DNA of 64,000 nt from Nemertoderma westbladi (GCA_032718475.1 JAUCBJ010001254.1:1-64000), one strand, 5' to 3'; shown: positions 24,301 to 35,405, numbered from the stretch's first letter. Numbers and translations: made by a program. Notes: a model not told the origin generated them from the sequence alone.

Positions 24301-26815
24301 CGGCTAATAACTCTGTTCGTTGAACTAGCACATCATCATCATCATGTAACGCATAATTACATGCCTCTAAATAATTTTCCTCGTATCGTAAATGACCATA
24401 CTTATCATTAGGTATTTGCTTAGGAATAGCTCTGTCTACCATTGGTTCTTGTGTATCACCACCTGCCACTATTTGGCGAATTGACCTGAGTGGTTGTGCC
24501 TGCTGCTCATCCTTCTCTAAAGCCAAATGATCCATGTTAAATTTAGCAGGTTTATCATTTATTGTGATAGTGTTAGCCCGTGGAATTGGCTCCACATTTA
24601 ATCTACTTCTTGTAAAGTGATCAAACTTGTTACTTAGTTCAAAATATTTTCCATCATTTACTGCTTGTATTTTTAAAAAATCATTTTGTACTCTTTGCAT
24701 TTCCTTTGTAATACTACCTACTATATCTTCAACATGTTCTAAAGCATTAACTGTATGACTCTCTTGTCGATTTTTTAAAATAGGTTCTCTATTGAAAGAG
24801 TTAATATCCATATTGGGATCAAAATGGACATGCAATCTCGGTTGTAAATATGGGGTTGTAGTAGTGACAGGCATCAAAGGCGTTGATGCAGAAGATATGC
24901 CTACATTTAGATCTTCAAAACTGTCATTAAAGTGATAATCATCAAAAAATGTTATCAAACTGCTATTTGAATTTTGTAAGCTACTGGCTTGTTTGTGTAC
25001 ACTGAGAGGCTCTGGATCTCTCTTTTTATTAAAATGTACATTTAATACATCTGAGCCCCTTTGGGATGTTGAAATTTTTGTAGCAACATTAGAACCTGCC
25101 ACACATTGAACCAATCCTACATCACTGCTCAGCCTAGCTGAGGTGCTAATCCCTTGAGTAGTTAGACCTATATCTTGCAAAAAATTTGTATCTAAATTTA
25201 CCATTTCAGAACAAATGGGTCCACTAATACTAACTGCTGGTTCTAATGAATAACCTACATTAACTACCTTTGGTTCATCATCTGTATCTGCTCTGCCTAC
25301 ATTTCTTAATACTGTAATATTATCAAGAGGCTGTGATTCATTGAATAATTCCGGTACATTGATACTACTAATTGCATCTGACACCAGATTATCAATACTG
25401 GTATCGAAATCATCGGCTTCTTGATCCAATTCAGCTGTAGTTGTACTGATTACCTCTCCATGGGTATTTTCATAATATCTTACCCATTGTGCCTCCTCAA
25501 AGTTAAGATTATCGGCTGATATTAATCTATTGACAGTTTCTTCATGCAATCTTCTCCTACTCTCCTCCGCACTGAGCTCAGCTTCCTTCTCTTTATTTAA
25601 ACGCTCTTGTTCCGTTTCTATTTGAGTCAGAGTCCGCTCTTTCTCAATTCTTTGTTCAACTAATGTCTTCTCCAGTGCAGCTTGTTCACTTTCATATCTA
25701 ATCTTCTCTAACTGTTGCCGATTTTCTTCTTCAATTCTCTCTAAGTCCAAACGTTTCTCATTGCAAATTCGTTCCTGCTCTAAACTATTTCTGCGCTTTG
25801 TATTTTCAGCTTCACGTTTTTGGTTTTTCAGCTCCGTTTCTGATATCAAAAGCCTTTCCTGCTGTTGTAAATCAACTTTCAATAACTCATTCTGAAAATT
25901 AATGGCACTACTGCTTGCTCTCCTACCTGCTTCTAATGCCGCTGCTTTCTTTGCTATTTCTAAGTCACTCTTAATTATCTCCCCTTGAAGTGTAGCGTTG
26001 ACTTGAGCAGCTACACGTTCTTTACGGGCCTTCACTCTTAACTCAATAATTCGCTCCATAGTACAGCTGGCCGAACTTCGTGCTGAAGACCTCGACCGTT
26101 TACTACTATGAGATTTACTGCTACCTAAACTACTTGCTACTGATTCATTACATACAGAAATATCTTCTTCAAAATTAACATTCTGAACATAATTGGAGCA
26201 CTTTTCTTGAAGGTCAATTCCTTCCTTTGGTACATCAGGTTCAACTACAAATTCTTGTGCTAAAATGGTCTCCCCCAATCCTAGCACATTCTTATTTACT
26301 ACATCACCTACACTATTATTTATTCCACACCTTTTCTTTAATCTATTCCATGAATTATTAAGTGCATCCTTTTCCTTAGTTTGTGCTGTCACATACTTAG
26401 AATCATCTACTCCTGCTAAACGTACTAGTTCCTGAAAATTAATATGATATGTCTGTAAAGAATGGTCTGTTCTATTTATTATATCTCGTACTTCCTCCAA
26501 TCTGGCATTATCACTAATTCTAGCCGACAACTTGTCTATAACAGATTGGATATGCGTTCGTGAAGTCGTGATAGATCGTTTGAGCTGCTTTACCCGATCC
26601 TGACTCCCCAGGTTGGCCAAACCTCGAGAGCTAGAACGAACATTTTCAGCAACTCTCCGACCATCAAGCGACCCACTATAGCAAGTTCCAGATCGTGTCA
26701 TATGCTTGTCTCGGCATGTTGCACTTGCCTCTGCACCTGCAGGTTGCGAGGTTTGTACAACATTAACTACTGTACTGGTACTGTCAACATTACTTTCTAA
26801 ATCTTTCTGTTCCAT
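21374..26815 (-). CDS. gag: Bel/Pao Gag + aspartic protease (1813 aa)
   Basis: KFAGDPIEF...LKGEA...RYG core; knuckles CHRCTNKGHIMYQC and CDVCNGSHHTLLH; protease ALIDTCGS, LIIG and TVFGWTALGP. Confidence 0.95.
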   Translation of the reverse strand: MEQKDLESNVDSTSTVVNVVQTSQPAGAEASATCRDKHMTRSGTCYSGSLDGRRVAENVRSSSRGLANLGSQDRVKQLKRSITTSRTHIQSVIDKLSARISDNARLEEVRDIINRTDHSLQTYHINFQELVRLAGVDDSKYVTAQTKEKDALNNSWNRLKKRCGINNSVGDVVNKNVLGLGETILAQEFVVEPDVPKEGIDLQEKCSNYVQNVNFEEDISVCNESVASSLGSSKSHSSKRSRSSARSSASCTMERIIELRVKARKERVAAQVNATLQGEIIKSDLEIAKKAAALEAGRRASSSAINFQNELLKVDLQQQERLLISETELKNQKREAENTKRRNSLEQERICNEKRLDLERIEEENRQQLEKIRYESEQAALEKTLVEQRIEKERTLTQIETEQERLNKEKEAELSAEESRRRLHEETVNRLISADNLNFEEAQWVRYYENTHGEVISTTTAELDQEADDFDTSIDNLVSDAISSINVPELFNESQPLDNITVLRNVGRADTDDEPKVVNVGYSLEPAVSISGPICSEMVNLDTNFLQDIGLTTQGISTSARLSSDVGLVQCVAGSNVATKISTSQRGSDVLNVHFNKKRDPEPLSVHKQASSLQNSNSSLITFFDDYHFNDSFEDLNVGISSASTPLMPVTTTTPYLQPRLHVHFDPNMDINSFNREPILKNRQESHTVNALEHVEDIVGSITKEMQRVQNDFLKIQAVNDGKYFELSNKFDHFTRSRLNVEPIPRANTITINDKPAKFNMDHLALEKDEQQAQPLRSIRQIVAGGDTQEPMVDRAIPKQIPNDKYGHLRYEENYLEACNYALHDDDDVLVQRTELLAESIQQTALTDTKMMQDHEREIWKDDPLARINQPEANPYLLYNRNPLKIEMDQYKSQDGAKFKEMLHPDKPEWIYAPVDSNDIPQRPPPSYFLQYEDKGEGFACHTGPYRAPEKAPVERFSEFQGGMIPSGNSAAGDNRNGGNPEQYRGDYDFNDGNSHSSCRGSGPPDGGSGPPDGGDDGDWDDRRGHPNRERRYPNTGQDNSIQNPNQRYFGGGGIDSLTREYFERLHDRQTVWQPSDDEKFAGDPIEFINFKIEFVQNVAQKRYWSEDEKLQLLLKHLKGEAYTLVKPLRGTPDGYVRAWGLLSRRYGDPALIQRKCEQKIREHPKFPNNASGKDVRRYSDMIRSMVNCLQYIGAQEYLTLSSNVQNTLWTLPDFIQNKWRPHAENIKRLKGRDPDLVQLSAFIEMHSYSMCNELFGVEAEHEIWDPAGKPMKSSASNFKQQPNQNRQMSMPLNRQSRYTNWSNGAAFRSNYYQPGRGGYSQPDFSRSVLPARIGNNRPSRGDNNMYNSSVPRGRGYNIGRQIQLRPVTTAITPGVVGDKNCIYCERVLNLPTARTHHVGRCMNLAKLDTVQRGNYLMSEGVCHRCTNKGHIMYQCPWNIWCDVCNGSHHTLLHGYDPKLYVRNMTSPGQTGQMGHVTSCGNAFSVRSTPTTQLITNTTNMIGSASAAGGPNMASRHYKVKYDSAESIHAERLCELNVTACNESAEIGRPNEEIANAGEEIEIQKSVDMIQASLKVISNFQEVQQTRLLQKIVPVRIKGVGQGDASLTTYALIDTCGSLTFSDTIVVKELKLQTEKTEISLTTITSNNQRTKVGQVSLIVDAIMPGYDYSTRINNVLVKDNVKFEKYKLNDEAREKYQHLRHIPEFIDVDIPAVTLIIGITTPAAHRHLNEVPGPRDIDPVAIETVFGWTALGPIYPSPGLAQYCTYLVHEEIHKTIPIELIQQLKDLQRGKDEILDNHMKEFWDVDMMDGWM

Positions 26816-27880
26816 TTTATATCCCTTTGTTATTACAAATTTTATTTATTTATAAATTTTTATTCTTTCTTACTTCTAATTATATATCAGTCTTATGTTC
26901 TATTCCTATCACTTCCTATCTGCCTATTTTAAACAAATATCGTGCTGTAGAGATAAGTCCTTTATATAATTCCTTTCTCCTTTCTGGCTGTCTGGTAAAC
27001 CTACAGTAATATATACCTACCGCTATAACGGCAGAACGGCAATTTCTTTCCTATAATTTATTTAGGCCTAGGCCTATATCTGTACATAATTAATTTCTTG
27101 ATAGGGGTAGGCCTACCAACTAAAGAGAAACAGGCAGACAGGTATTCGTCAACAATGTTCATGTACAAGTTTCCTTCATATATAGTATCGACGGTATATA
27201 TAAAGGCCTACTAAAGGTATCACTGTATCATAATTATAATAAATATTCCGGTCTGTTCAAATTTTATCTGTCAGTCTTTCTGTATTTACTTAGGTAATTG
27301 GTAATAGACGTGTATCTGCCTATCAACAATCCAGTCAAATAAGTTTAGCAATACCGGTATTAAAATTCTGCCTATTACAGTATTACATAAGAAGAAGATC
27401 TGCCATTATAATATATATCATATCATATCATATCATATTCATAAGACAATCAACATTAAATAACAATATTATTCAAATTTCATAAATTACTCAAAATTAG
27501 GCCTAATTACCGGTATCCAAATTCGAACAAAATTAAGCCTACACAAACTGAAAGGCAGAAAAGGTAATCATCAGTACTGAACCGGTATATAATGTACGTA
27601 TATATATATATCATATCATTCTGCCATTACAACATTAAATTCAAAATTTCCAAATATCAACCAATCAATATTATTTACATAGGCTGATAGGCCTAAACAG
27701 CTAAATACTGAAATATGCTGTAACCTACCTACCAACCCATACTGCCATATAAGCCTACCGTTCCATCAGTCTGAAAGTTATATAGCCTAGATCTGTCAGT
27801 CTGTAGACTGGTAGATGACTAGCCTAAAAAGCTGTAGGCCTACAGTCAGACGGTAGGCCCCTAACTACTGAATTAATCCT

Positions 27881-27893
27881 CTAATATTCTGAT
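27881..27893 (-). promoter_or_regulatory. Primer-binding position of C (non-tRNA, complementary to own LTR)
   Basis: Sense ATCAGAATATTAG abuts the 5' LTR and is the exact complement of sense CTAATATTCTGAT at 28461-28473. Confidence 0.75.
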
Positions 27894-28759
27894 TATAAAG
27901 GACATCGCCCGCCTCCTATCCTAACTAATTTCAAATTTGTCTGTCTGTCTGCATTTGGCTGTTTCGGTTGGTTTGGGAATTCTAAGTCAGTAAGTATAAA
28001 AGAAAAAGACGAACAATCCAACTGTCTGACGAGTGCAAGGTCCAGGATATAATCCACCTAATCTAATTATAACCGAAAAGCTAGGACCTTGACGCTATTC
28101 CGGCTAGATAAGGGTTTAGTCCACTACAGTACTGGATGATAGATTGGTAAAAGATAAATATATGATAACATAATAATATACTTGCATTTATTTTATTTAC
28201 AGAGTTAGGTATGGCATATGGTACCGTTACATTACATATAATAACTGAATAATAAATCAACTAATCTAGGGTATTGATAAATGACTAAATAATGACTGAA
28301 TGAGATTAATATTATCGGGCAGTTAATAATACCGTATACTTCTGTCTGTTCTTTATAAAATAGTTACCGGTCCCGCACTGTCTTAGGTAATAGTACAATA
28401 TTATATTACAGGGTATGCAAGCAAAATCTATATCTACGTCTAACTATCTAACCATCTAACATCAGAATATTAGTGGGAAAATCCGCACATGTCAGACATG
28501 GTGAGTTGAGACTGCCAGACTGCAGACAGCTTACTGCTGTTGTACTGACTAGCTATTTTACAGCTGTCAGTCAGACTGTTGACTGCATTCTGGTCACGTG
28601 GTCAGCTCACGGTCGACTCTTACTAATTAAATAATGAAAGTAATTATGTATACTGTATTTATTGCTACGAACTGAAATGTATTATACTGTAGGTTGATTA
28701 TTTTATACTTATACTATATTATATTAAAATATTTGAGTTACGAGGAGATGGTGAACACA
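27894..28759 (-). repeat. 5' LTR of C
   Basis: Direct repeat of 16563-17428; sense termini TGTGTT...TTTATA. Confidence 0.97.
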
Positions 28760-29045
28760 GTACCCTCTTACTACTCTAACTCCACTAACTAACTAACGGT
28801 ACTACGTACCCTCTTACTAACCTCTAACTCCACTAACTAACTAACGGTACTACGTACCCTCTTACTAACTCCTCTAACACTCCTCTTACTACTCTAACTC
28901 CACTAACTAACTAACGGTACTACGTACCCTCTTACTACTCTAACTCCACTAACTAACTAACGGTACTACGTACCCTCTTACTAACCTCTAACTCCACTAA
29001 CTAACTAACGGTACTACGTACCCTCTTACTCTTACTATCTAACTT
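28760..29045. repeat. Minisatellite, right part (same array as 16310-16562)
   Basis: Same unit resumes in register after the TSD. Confidence 0.9.
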
Positions 29046-29099
29046 CTATCTGCCTACTTACTGCGTACCTAGTTATGTACTATTATTTATATTTTTTTT

Positions 29100-30743
29100 T
29101 TATTTTATTTTTATGTGTGGGAAGGGCGTCTCGCCCTCAATCCCACCCCGTGTTGCTCTTGTCGGTATAAACTTATCCGGAATAACGAACCTGTGTTCCG
29201 TCGCATCATGGATAGGAGATATATTACTACTTCCCGCAATCGAAACAGGTTCTTTGGTCGTAATTGGTGCAAACATATGAGTTACTTGAGGAAATCGTTG
29301 ACATAATTCACCAACCAGCTCTCGTCCTCGCTCAGGTGCTCCTACACTTCCTTCCTTTATTTGCTCCTGAATTTGGCGGTGCCTTACCTCTATTCGGTCT
29401 AGATCGTGTCCGTCTCGAGATCTCATCGATCGATCGTGGGCTTTAAGATCCAGATCCTCCTTGGCGTTAGCTAATTCTCTCGCCTTCCTTTCGAGTTCGA
29501 AATGAAGTTTAACCTCTTTCTCGCGTTGTTCCGTTTGTTGTTGTTGCGCCTCGAACTCCGCTAGTCGTATAGCTGATTGAGCCTTCATTTGCCGTTTTTT
29601 CATTTCGGCTCTCGCTTCTGAAACTAACCTTTGTCGCTCTAACTCAGCCGCTGCCGCTGCCGCCGCCTCTTGTCGCTCTAACTCAGCCGCTGCCGCCACC
29701 GCTTGTCGCTCTAACTCAGCCGCTGCCGCTGCCGCCGTTTGTTGTGCAATGTCCAACTCTAACCTTTCCATCTCGGCTGCTTCCAACTCGGCTTGTTCTT
29801 GCAGATGAGAGATTCTCGCAACATTCGCAACGCGTAGTTTCTCTTCCTCTACTGCTGCTTGTACCATTAGCAGTAGAGTTTGTTCCTCCATCTCCTGTTG
29901 TTGTCTGTAGAGCTGCTGTTGTCGAGCAATTTCTGACGTTACCATACTCACCTCGCCAATTTCGCTGCAAATACTCACCAATGATTGATCCATTATTCCC
30001 GGTGCCAGTTCGATTTGTGCGGATGAAGTTTCCCTCGTAGCCTCCGGCATGGTTTCCCAATCTCCGACGTCTTCGCCGCACATACGTAAGTGATCCGTCA
30101 GATGTTTCAATTGTCCATCCAGCCTATACAATTCCTGTTGTTCCTCGGGCTGTAATAACTCGTCGGAAACTGACTCACCTAGCAACTGGTCCACTTGTTC
30201 CTGTTGTATCTGTCTAACAGTCGTCTTAAACTGAATTAGTTTCTCCCTGGCGATTATTAATTTCTCGAGGATTCTAAGCTGAGTGTCCGCGTCCTGTCTT
30301 TGTCTAGCTAGATCTTGTAGACTGATTAGGTTATCTACGGACTTATGTACTTTACTTTGTACTCTAACCTGTAGGGTGTAAAACTCGAACCGAGACATCG
30401 GAGCGGTCAACTCGTCTAATATGCGTTGGCCTTCTCCAATACTCCTGGTAATATGCGCCATGTATCCTCCGACGCTTCTAACAATGCTCTCTTGGCTTCC
30501 TACTGAACTTACCATGTCCGTTTCCCTGTATCTAGGTTGCGGGACCGTTAGAAAATCCTCAGTCCTGCCGTCGCCTCGTACTACGGCATCCGGTACTCCC
30601 GTTGGATGTACTGGTGACGCGCACGGTGTAGGTTCGGTAGGCTTGCGAGTCTTCCCTTGTGGTTCTTCCGCTACTGACTTATCCGCGTCACATGAGTCAT
30701 AGTCGGTTTGTGTATTCTTCGTATAGTCCTGTTTGTCACTCAT
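29100..30743 (-). CDS. gag: Truncated Gag N-terminus of Bel/Pao-related element D
   Basis: RSVGGYM...ARQRQDADTQ resembles RSAAGYV...SKRRQDTSLQ of B1 Gag; Ala/Glu coiled coil; ends in an AT-rich junction before the gag core. Confidence 0.65.
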   Translation of the reverse strand: MSDKQDYTKNTQTDYDSCDADKSVAEEPQGKTRKPTEPTPCASPVHPTGVPDAVVRGDGRTEDFLTVPQPRYRETDMVSSVGSQESIVRSVGGYMAHITRSIGEGQRILDELTAPMSRFEFYTLQVRVQSKVHKSVDNLISLQDLARQRQDADTQLRILEKLIIAREKLIQFKTTVRQIQQEQVDQLLGESVSDELLQPEEQQELYRLDGQLKHLTDHLRMCGEDVGDWETMPEATRETSSAQIELAPGIMDQSLVSICSEIGEVSMVTSEIARQQQLYRQQQEMEEQTLLLMVQAAVEEEKLRVANVARISHLQEQAELEAAEMERLELDIAQQTAAAAAAELERQAVAAAAELERQEAAAAAAAELERQRLVSEARAEMKKRQMKAQSAIRLAEFEAQQQQTEQREKEVKLHFELERKARELANAKEDLDLKAHDRSMRSRDGHDLDRIEVRHRQIQEQIKEGSVGAPERGRELVGELCQRFPQVTHMFAPITTKEPVSIAGSSNISPIHDATEHRFVIPDKFIPTRATRGGIEGETPFPHIKIK

Positions 30744-32830
30744 TTTGGTAGTTGTAAGTCAAGTAAAGTGAGTGTCAAAGTATCAAACTTACCGTATTTA
30801 TATCTAAACGGTATTAATTACAGTCATATAAAATGGATAATGGCAAATGGATAAAATTAGCCTAGCGGCCAATTTTACAACAAATAAATGTCACGGAGTA
30901 AGTATATAATAAAATTAGCCTACCGGCCAATTTTATAACAAATAAAATCGGATAACGATATACGTTATCAAAAAGGTAGATTAAACACAAATAATACAGA
31001 CTAATTCAGCAATAAACAAAGAAATCGTACGGAATGCATAAATACTTGAGACAGTGGAACCCACAATAATTTTAACTAATACGGTAATGCCTAACTGATT
31101 TATGCAACTTTTCGAACTCACCCCCTCCAATGATTCTCCAGAAAAACAGATTCCCAGATACAAACCGGACGTGAACCTTTCCGTTTCCAGCGTTGTGGAC
31201 GAAGTGCGATTTTCCCAACCAAAATTGTTGAGTTATCTATCTCCCAAACTTGCGAAACACGGTCTTGCTCTCGTTACAGTCTAGAAATGAGCTCTGAATC
31301 CTGAAAAACAAAAGAGTTCGGTTTTACTTTTACGAAAATTTTGTACCGGTACAATATGGTATTTAAACCCTTTTTAAACACCGGTATTCAATTCCAAATA
31401 TTTTACACGCGGTTCAAATCAAAATTTTATTTCAAAATACTAGCACTTAGCTAATCAAATACAAATTTTACCTCAAAATACAAAATTTCAAATAATTTTA
31501 GTCCTACTGATCCGTAGTTCAGTAAAACATATTCCTACTGTGCGAAGAGACGTACCTGATATCCTGCAATATCTTACTGTAAAGTTTGTAAATCAAAACA
31601 TAATCCGACCTTCTCACCAAAACAGTAAACTCTAAGCAAGCAAATCGATTGCAGTATCGGTCTCTTATAACCGGTGAGGCAGAAAACAGTCTACGAACGG
31701 ACAAACTTCGATGAAACAAAATCCCGCGCAGCGAATCCTAAAATCGGGCTGACTCACTGACGGACTAAGGGCGCTCGTATACTTTGCCGCGGTGTGATTT
31801 ATATGGGTGAGAGATAGAGGCGCTAGCTAGATGTCTTACTAGCGGGCAAAGTGCAGTATGGACAAAAATTATTTTATATATTTTGAGGTGTAAATAATTT
31901 CTAACGCGTGTGTGTCTTGATTCTAACAGTCAAAATCAGTTTTAGATCCTTCATATATATAATTACTGGGTCCGGTGTACATTTTACAAATATTCTAATT
32001 TTATAGCTTGTAGGTCCAATACTCACGAATGATGAGGCTCCTTCCCCTTTTGTGTATTTCCAGGACTCAAATTCAGGCATAAGGTTAATACTACGCCCAG
32101 AATTCGGCAATTTAATTTACCAGGTCCCTAATACTAAGAAGAAATGTGTTAGTTTACTACAGTAGGCGTACAGTTACAAATAGCTAGCCTGGTGTTCTAT
32201 CTTGAATTTTGGTTGCCTAGGTGGGCACGGCAACTCCCTATCAGAATGTCGGCGGGGACACGGTAGATGTTAGTATCCCTAATAGCCTCAATTTATATGC
32301 ACCTAGCAGTAAACTGCCTTACCGCCTGAACGGTACAATCCCAATTCAGGTAAAAACACAGTAACCCTTCCTGGCCTACAAGTTCTAATGCAAATGGACA
32401 CCGTTGCACTACAAACAAGCCACCGACGCACCTATACCTGGCAAATGAGTTAGGCGTACAGCTTGCTGCACCCTAATAATGTGTATGCCTTGTACTGGTG
32501 TGCCTGTGTTCTATCTGTGTACTAGTATCTCTCTGCCTGATCTCCTCCTCCCCCGTAGGAATATGAAGGTCTACTGTGGGTTTTTCTGAATTAAGACAGT
32601 ACAGTCCCTAAATGTAATTTTAGCGCACAGCGTGTCAGTACCTCTACCTTCGATCTTAGGTCTTACACTTAGGTAACGAGGCATCGAACGCTGTCTAACC
32701 TTTCAGGCGATGGGCGAATAACTAAGAATGGGTATTGCGGGTTGTCTCCTTTCTACATTCCTCCGATGTTCCCGTCTATTGCCGCGGTCCGCTGTCTAGC
32801 CAGCCATCTGTCTCTCAGTGGTGTTCACCA

Positions 32831-33177
32831 TGGTGAAACATAGTAAAAGCAGATGTAACAAATACTTTCTAACTTTATTACAAATAAACGATAACTAATA
32901 TACAATAAATCGAATGTAACAAGTGAATGAAGATATATAACTAATGAACAAAATCGCACCTTTTATAGCAAATTAGTGCTGCTAACAATCTAGATAAATC
33001 TCGATTGTTCTATGAGTTCTACTAGGTTTTTAAAGATAATCATTGGTCCAGCAAACACGTACGTATCTTACACGACATTGGTTGCTATCTAATAACTGCA
33101 ATCGCATTGGTTAATCTACCTTAAGCAGATACAATTAAATCGTAGCGGTTAATTCAAATGAGTTGAAACTTAGCACA
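32831..33177 (-). repeat. Probable 5' LTR of element D
   Basis: TG...CA ends, minus-strand TATAAAA (32961-32967) and AATAAA (32874-32879), followed by TGG. Single copy, so boundaries are unverified. Confidence 0.5.
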
Positions 33178-33189
33178 AAAAATAATTCA

Positions 33190-33260
33190 CACTTGCAAGG
33201 ATTCGAACACGATACCTACTACACGATTTTCTAACGCTTAACCGACTGAGCTACTGAACC
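33190..33260 (-). other. tRNA-derived SINE head or tRNA pseudogene
   Basis: A box TAGCTCAGTCGGT and B box GTTCGAATCC; no convincing acceptor or anticodon stems. Confidence 0.65.
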
Positions 33261-33512
33261 ACTTGAATAATCGTTGCACAAATAGATATAGTAAATACGA
33301 ATGAGGACTTAATGTAATCTTTATAGCAAATTAATTCGAATGAAATAAAATTTTGAAAATCCACGGCTTTTATGAGGATATAATTCTATATGTTTATTTG
33401 TTGTGTATTTTTATTTTTTTTGTATCAATTCTGCAATTTTACGGAGTTGTTTTATAGATTAACTTAAACAAAAAAGGAAGAGCGGAGCTAACAGAAGGGC
33501 CAAGCTAAATCT

Positions 33513-33709
33513 CTGAATGGTCCAACTGGTTGACCAAAGAGGTGGGTTACACTGAATGGTCCAACTGGTGGACCGATGAGGTGGGTTACACTGAATGGTC
33601 CAACTGGTGGACCGATGAGGTGGGTTACACTGAATGGTCCAACTGGTTGACCAAGGAGGTGGGTTACACTGAATGGTCCAACTGGTGGACCAAGGAGGTG
33701 GGTTACACT
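33513..33709. repeat. 39-bp tandem repeat x5
   Basis: ctgaatggtccaactggtggaccgatgaggtgggttaca. Confidence 0.95.
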
Positions 33710-34156
33710 AAAAGGTTGATGTTCGTTCAGCTTTATATTTCACAAAAATTGAAAAGAGAAGATGTAATCGGGCAATGCATCCTTTGCATACGACAACAGT
33801 AGTGCCGAAAGTAATTACGACTGTCTTATTCTATTCATTGAGCCGAGCCTCAAAGGAATGCTGCGAGGTATTATCAATCGACTAATTGGTTACCAGAGAT
33901 TACGTATCATGGGACAGATCCGTCGCTAGTATGACTGCTATCAAGTTATCAAGAGTTATCTGATTTTAGAATGAATTAATTATAATTTATTTATTATATA
34001 AGCTTTACATATCAGCGGGTAATGTTAATTGTGAAAATTTAAGTACTTGTAAAATGGCAATTGCGTAAATTAAAGAGATTTTGCTCTGATAAATAAATCT
34101 TGTTGTATTATAAAAACACAATGTCAAATAGAATTAACAATTATATATATTATATA

Positions 34157-34567
34157 CACAATGACCCGTAATATAGTGTCATTTTCTGATGACACGGACC
34201 CCCCCCCCCCCCCCCCCCCCCAAATTTTTCTACAAATCTTTATCATATTGCTTGAAATTTGAAACACAACTAGTTCAACTCACCGTGGTTGTTACCATGA
34301 AGCCGGAATTTTCGATTTCGCCTTTAAATTTTATTTATAAGCGTTTTAAAAAAGTGTCTTTTGCGAAATCGCACCCTCTGTATCATTGCCATTCTTCACT
34401 TTAGTCGTAATTTTTTCTTATCATTAGAAAGCTTGCGTTGCAAGGATTCCAAATATGTAGCAATATTTGAATTTCGTTGAGAAACAGCTGAGATATAGGC
34501 GTTCAAAGATTGCAAGAATTATTGTCACTATTGGCAGAAAAATGACACTATATTACGTGTCATGGTG
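34157..34567. mobile_element. Tc1/mariner-type MITE
   Basis: ~30-bp imperfect TIRs (cacaatgacccgtaatatagtgtcattttctg / cagaaaaatgacactatattacgtgtcatggtg) flanked by TA. Confidence 0.8.
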
Positions 34568-34615
34568 TATATATATTATATATATGTATATATATTAGAA
34601 TTACCATTTCGCTTC

Positions 34616-35340
34616 GGATAGTTATAAATCCCGAAAATAACGAAAACAGCGAAATTATCAACGAAACTATCGAAATCATAAAATCTACAAAATCTCGCAT
34701 TCTAATAAGATCGGTATTATTATTAGAAGGCACACTTTACATTTTTTAATTAATAAATTCCGATAATTTCGCCCCATTTTCGACCTTAAAAGTAATTTAA
34801 TACCAAATGCTTGGATGAATAAATTCAGCATCAGCAGGCAGTGGTAGAACCTGGTCAACTGGTGTATTACAAGCATTCTACAGCCTGTAGGGTAAGGTTA
34901 AAGGAACCGGTCTGGTCAGCCGGTACCCTAACCAAACACTGCATACGCATTACGGCGTACTGTACCTTCGCGTTGCAGGTTCACACTGTACAGTGACTGC
35001 CAGGCAAGTGGCGCAGCGCGGCTAGTGTGTATTTGGATTATAATTATATTCTATTATTATATTCTGAGGTTGCAGTCGTGCAGTCGCAATGCAGTATAAC
35101 TGCTAGCAGTAGGCCTACACTCTGACTGTACTGTCCTAATTTGATCGCCATCTTGTGGTGTTTTGACATCATTGGATTACCCCTAATAACCAAGTACTAA
35201 TAATAATAATAATAATAATTGATAATCTAATAATAATACCGATCTGAATGGAAAGTGAGATTTTATTTAAAGTTTTATAATTTCGATATTTTCGTTAATA
35301 ATTTCGTGTTTTTCGTTATTTTCGGGTTTTATAACTATCC
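34616..35340. mobile_element. Mutator/MULE-like MITE
   Basis: Long TIRs ggatagttataaatcccgaaaataacgaaaa / ttttcgttattttcgggttttataactatcc with exact 9-bp TSD TTTCGCTTC (34607-34615 and 35341-35349). Confidence 0.85.
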
Positions 35341-35405
35341 TTTCGCTTCGCATTGCTACAGTAATTAAATATTTTGACTTAAAAGACAAAGTTGAAACTA
35401 CATTT

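Larger units (their letters stand above)
16563..28759 (-). mobile_element. Full-length Bel/Pao LTR retrotransposon (element C, 12.2 kb)
   Basis: 866-bp direct LTRs with only 2 substitutions seen; 5-bp TSD GTACC (16558-16562 and 28760-28764); PPT AGCGGAGGAG at 17429-17438; gag-PR-RT-RH-IN order. Confidence 0.97.
11979..29090 (-). mobile_element. 3' part of LTR element A2, interrupted by element C; its gag/pol and 5' LTR are missing
   Basis: 3' LTR, PPT, accessory gene, and a minisatellite that continues on both sides of C. Right boundary approximate. Confidence 0.6.

Noticed and set aside
11979-33177. One intact LTR element from the A2 LTR to the D LTR
   Set aside because: The LTR sequences are unrelated, the flanks give no TSD, and there is no pol outside the nested element C.
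33190-33260. Functional tRNA gene
   Set aside because: A and B boxes are present, but acceptor and anticodon stems do not pair convincingly.
33513-33709. CRISPR-like array
   Set aside because: Head-to-tail repeats with no unique spacers, no cas genes, eukaryotic context.
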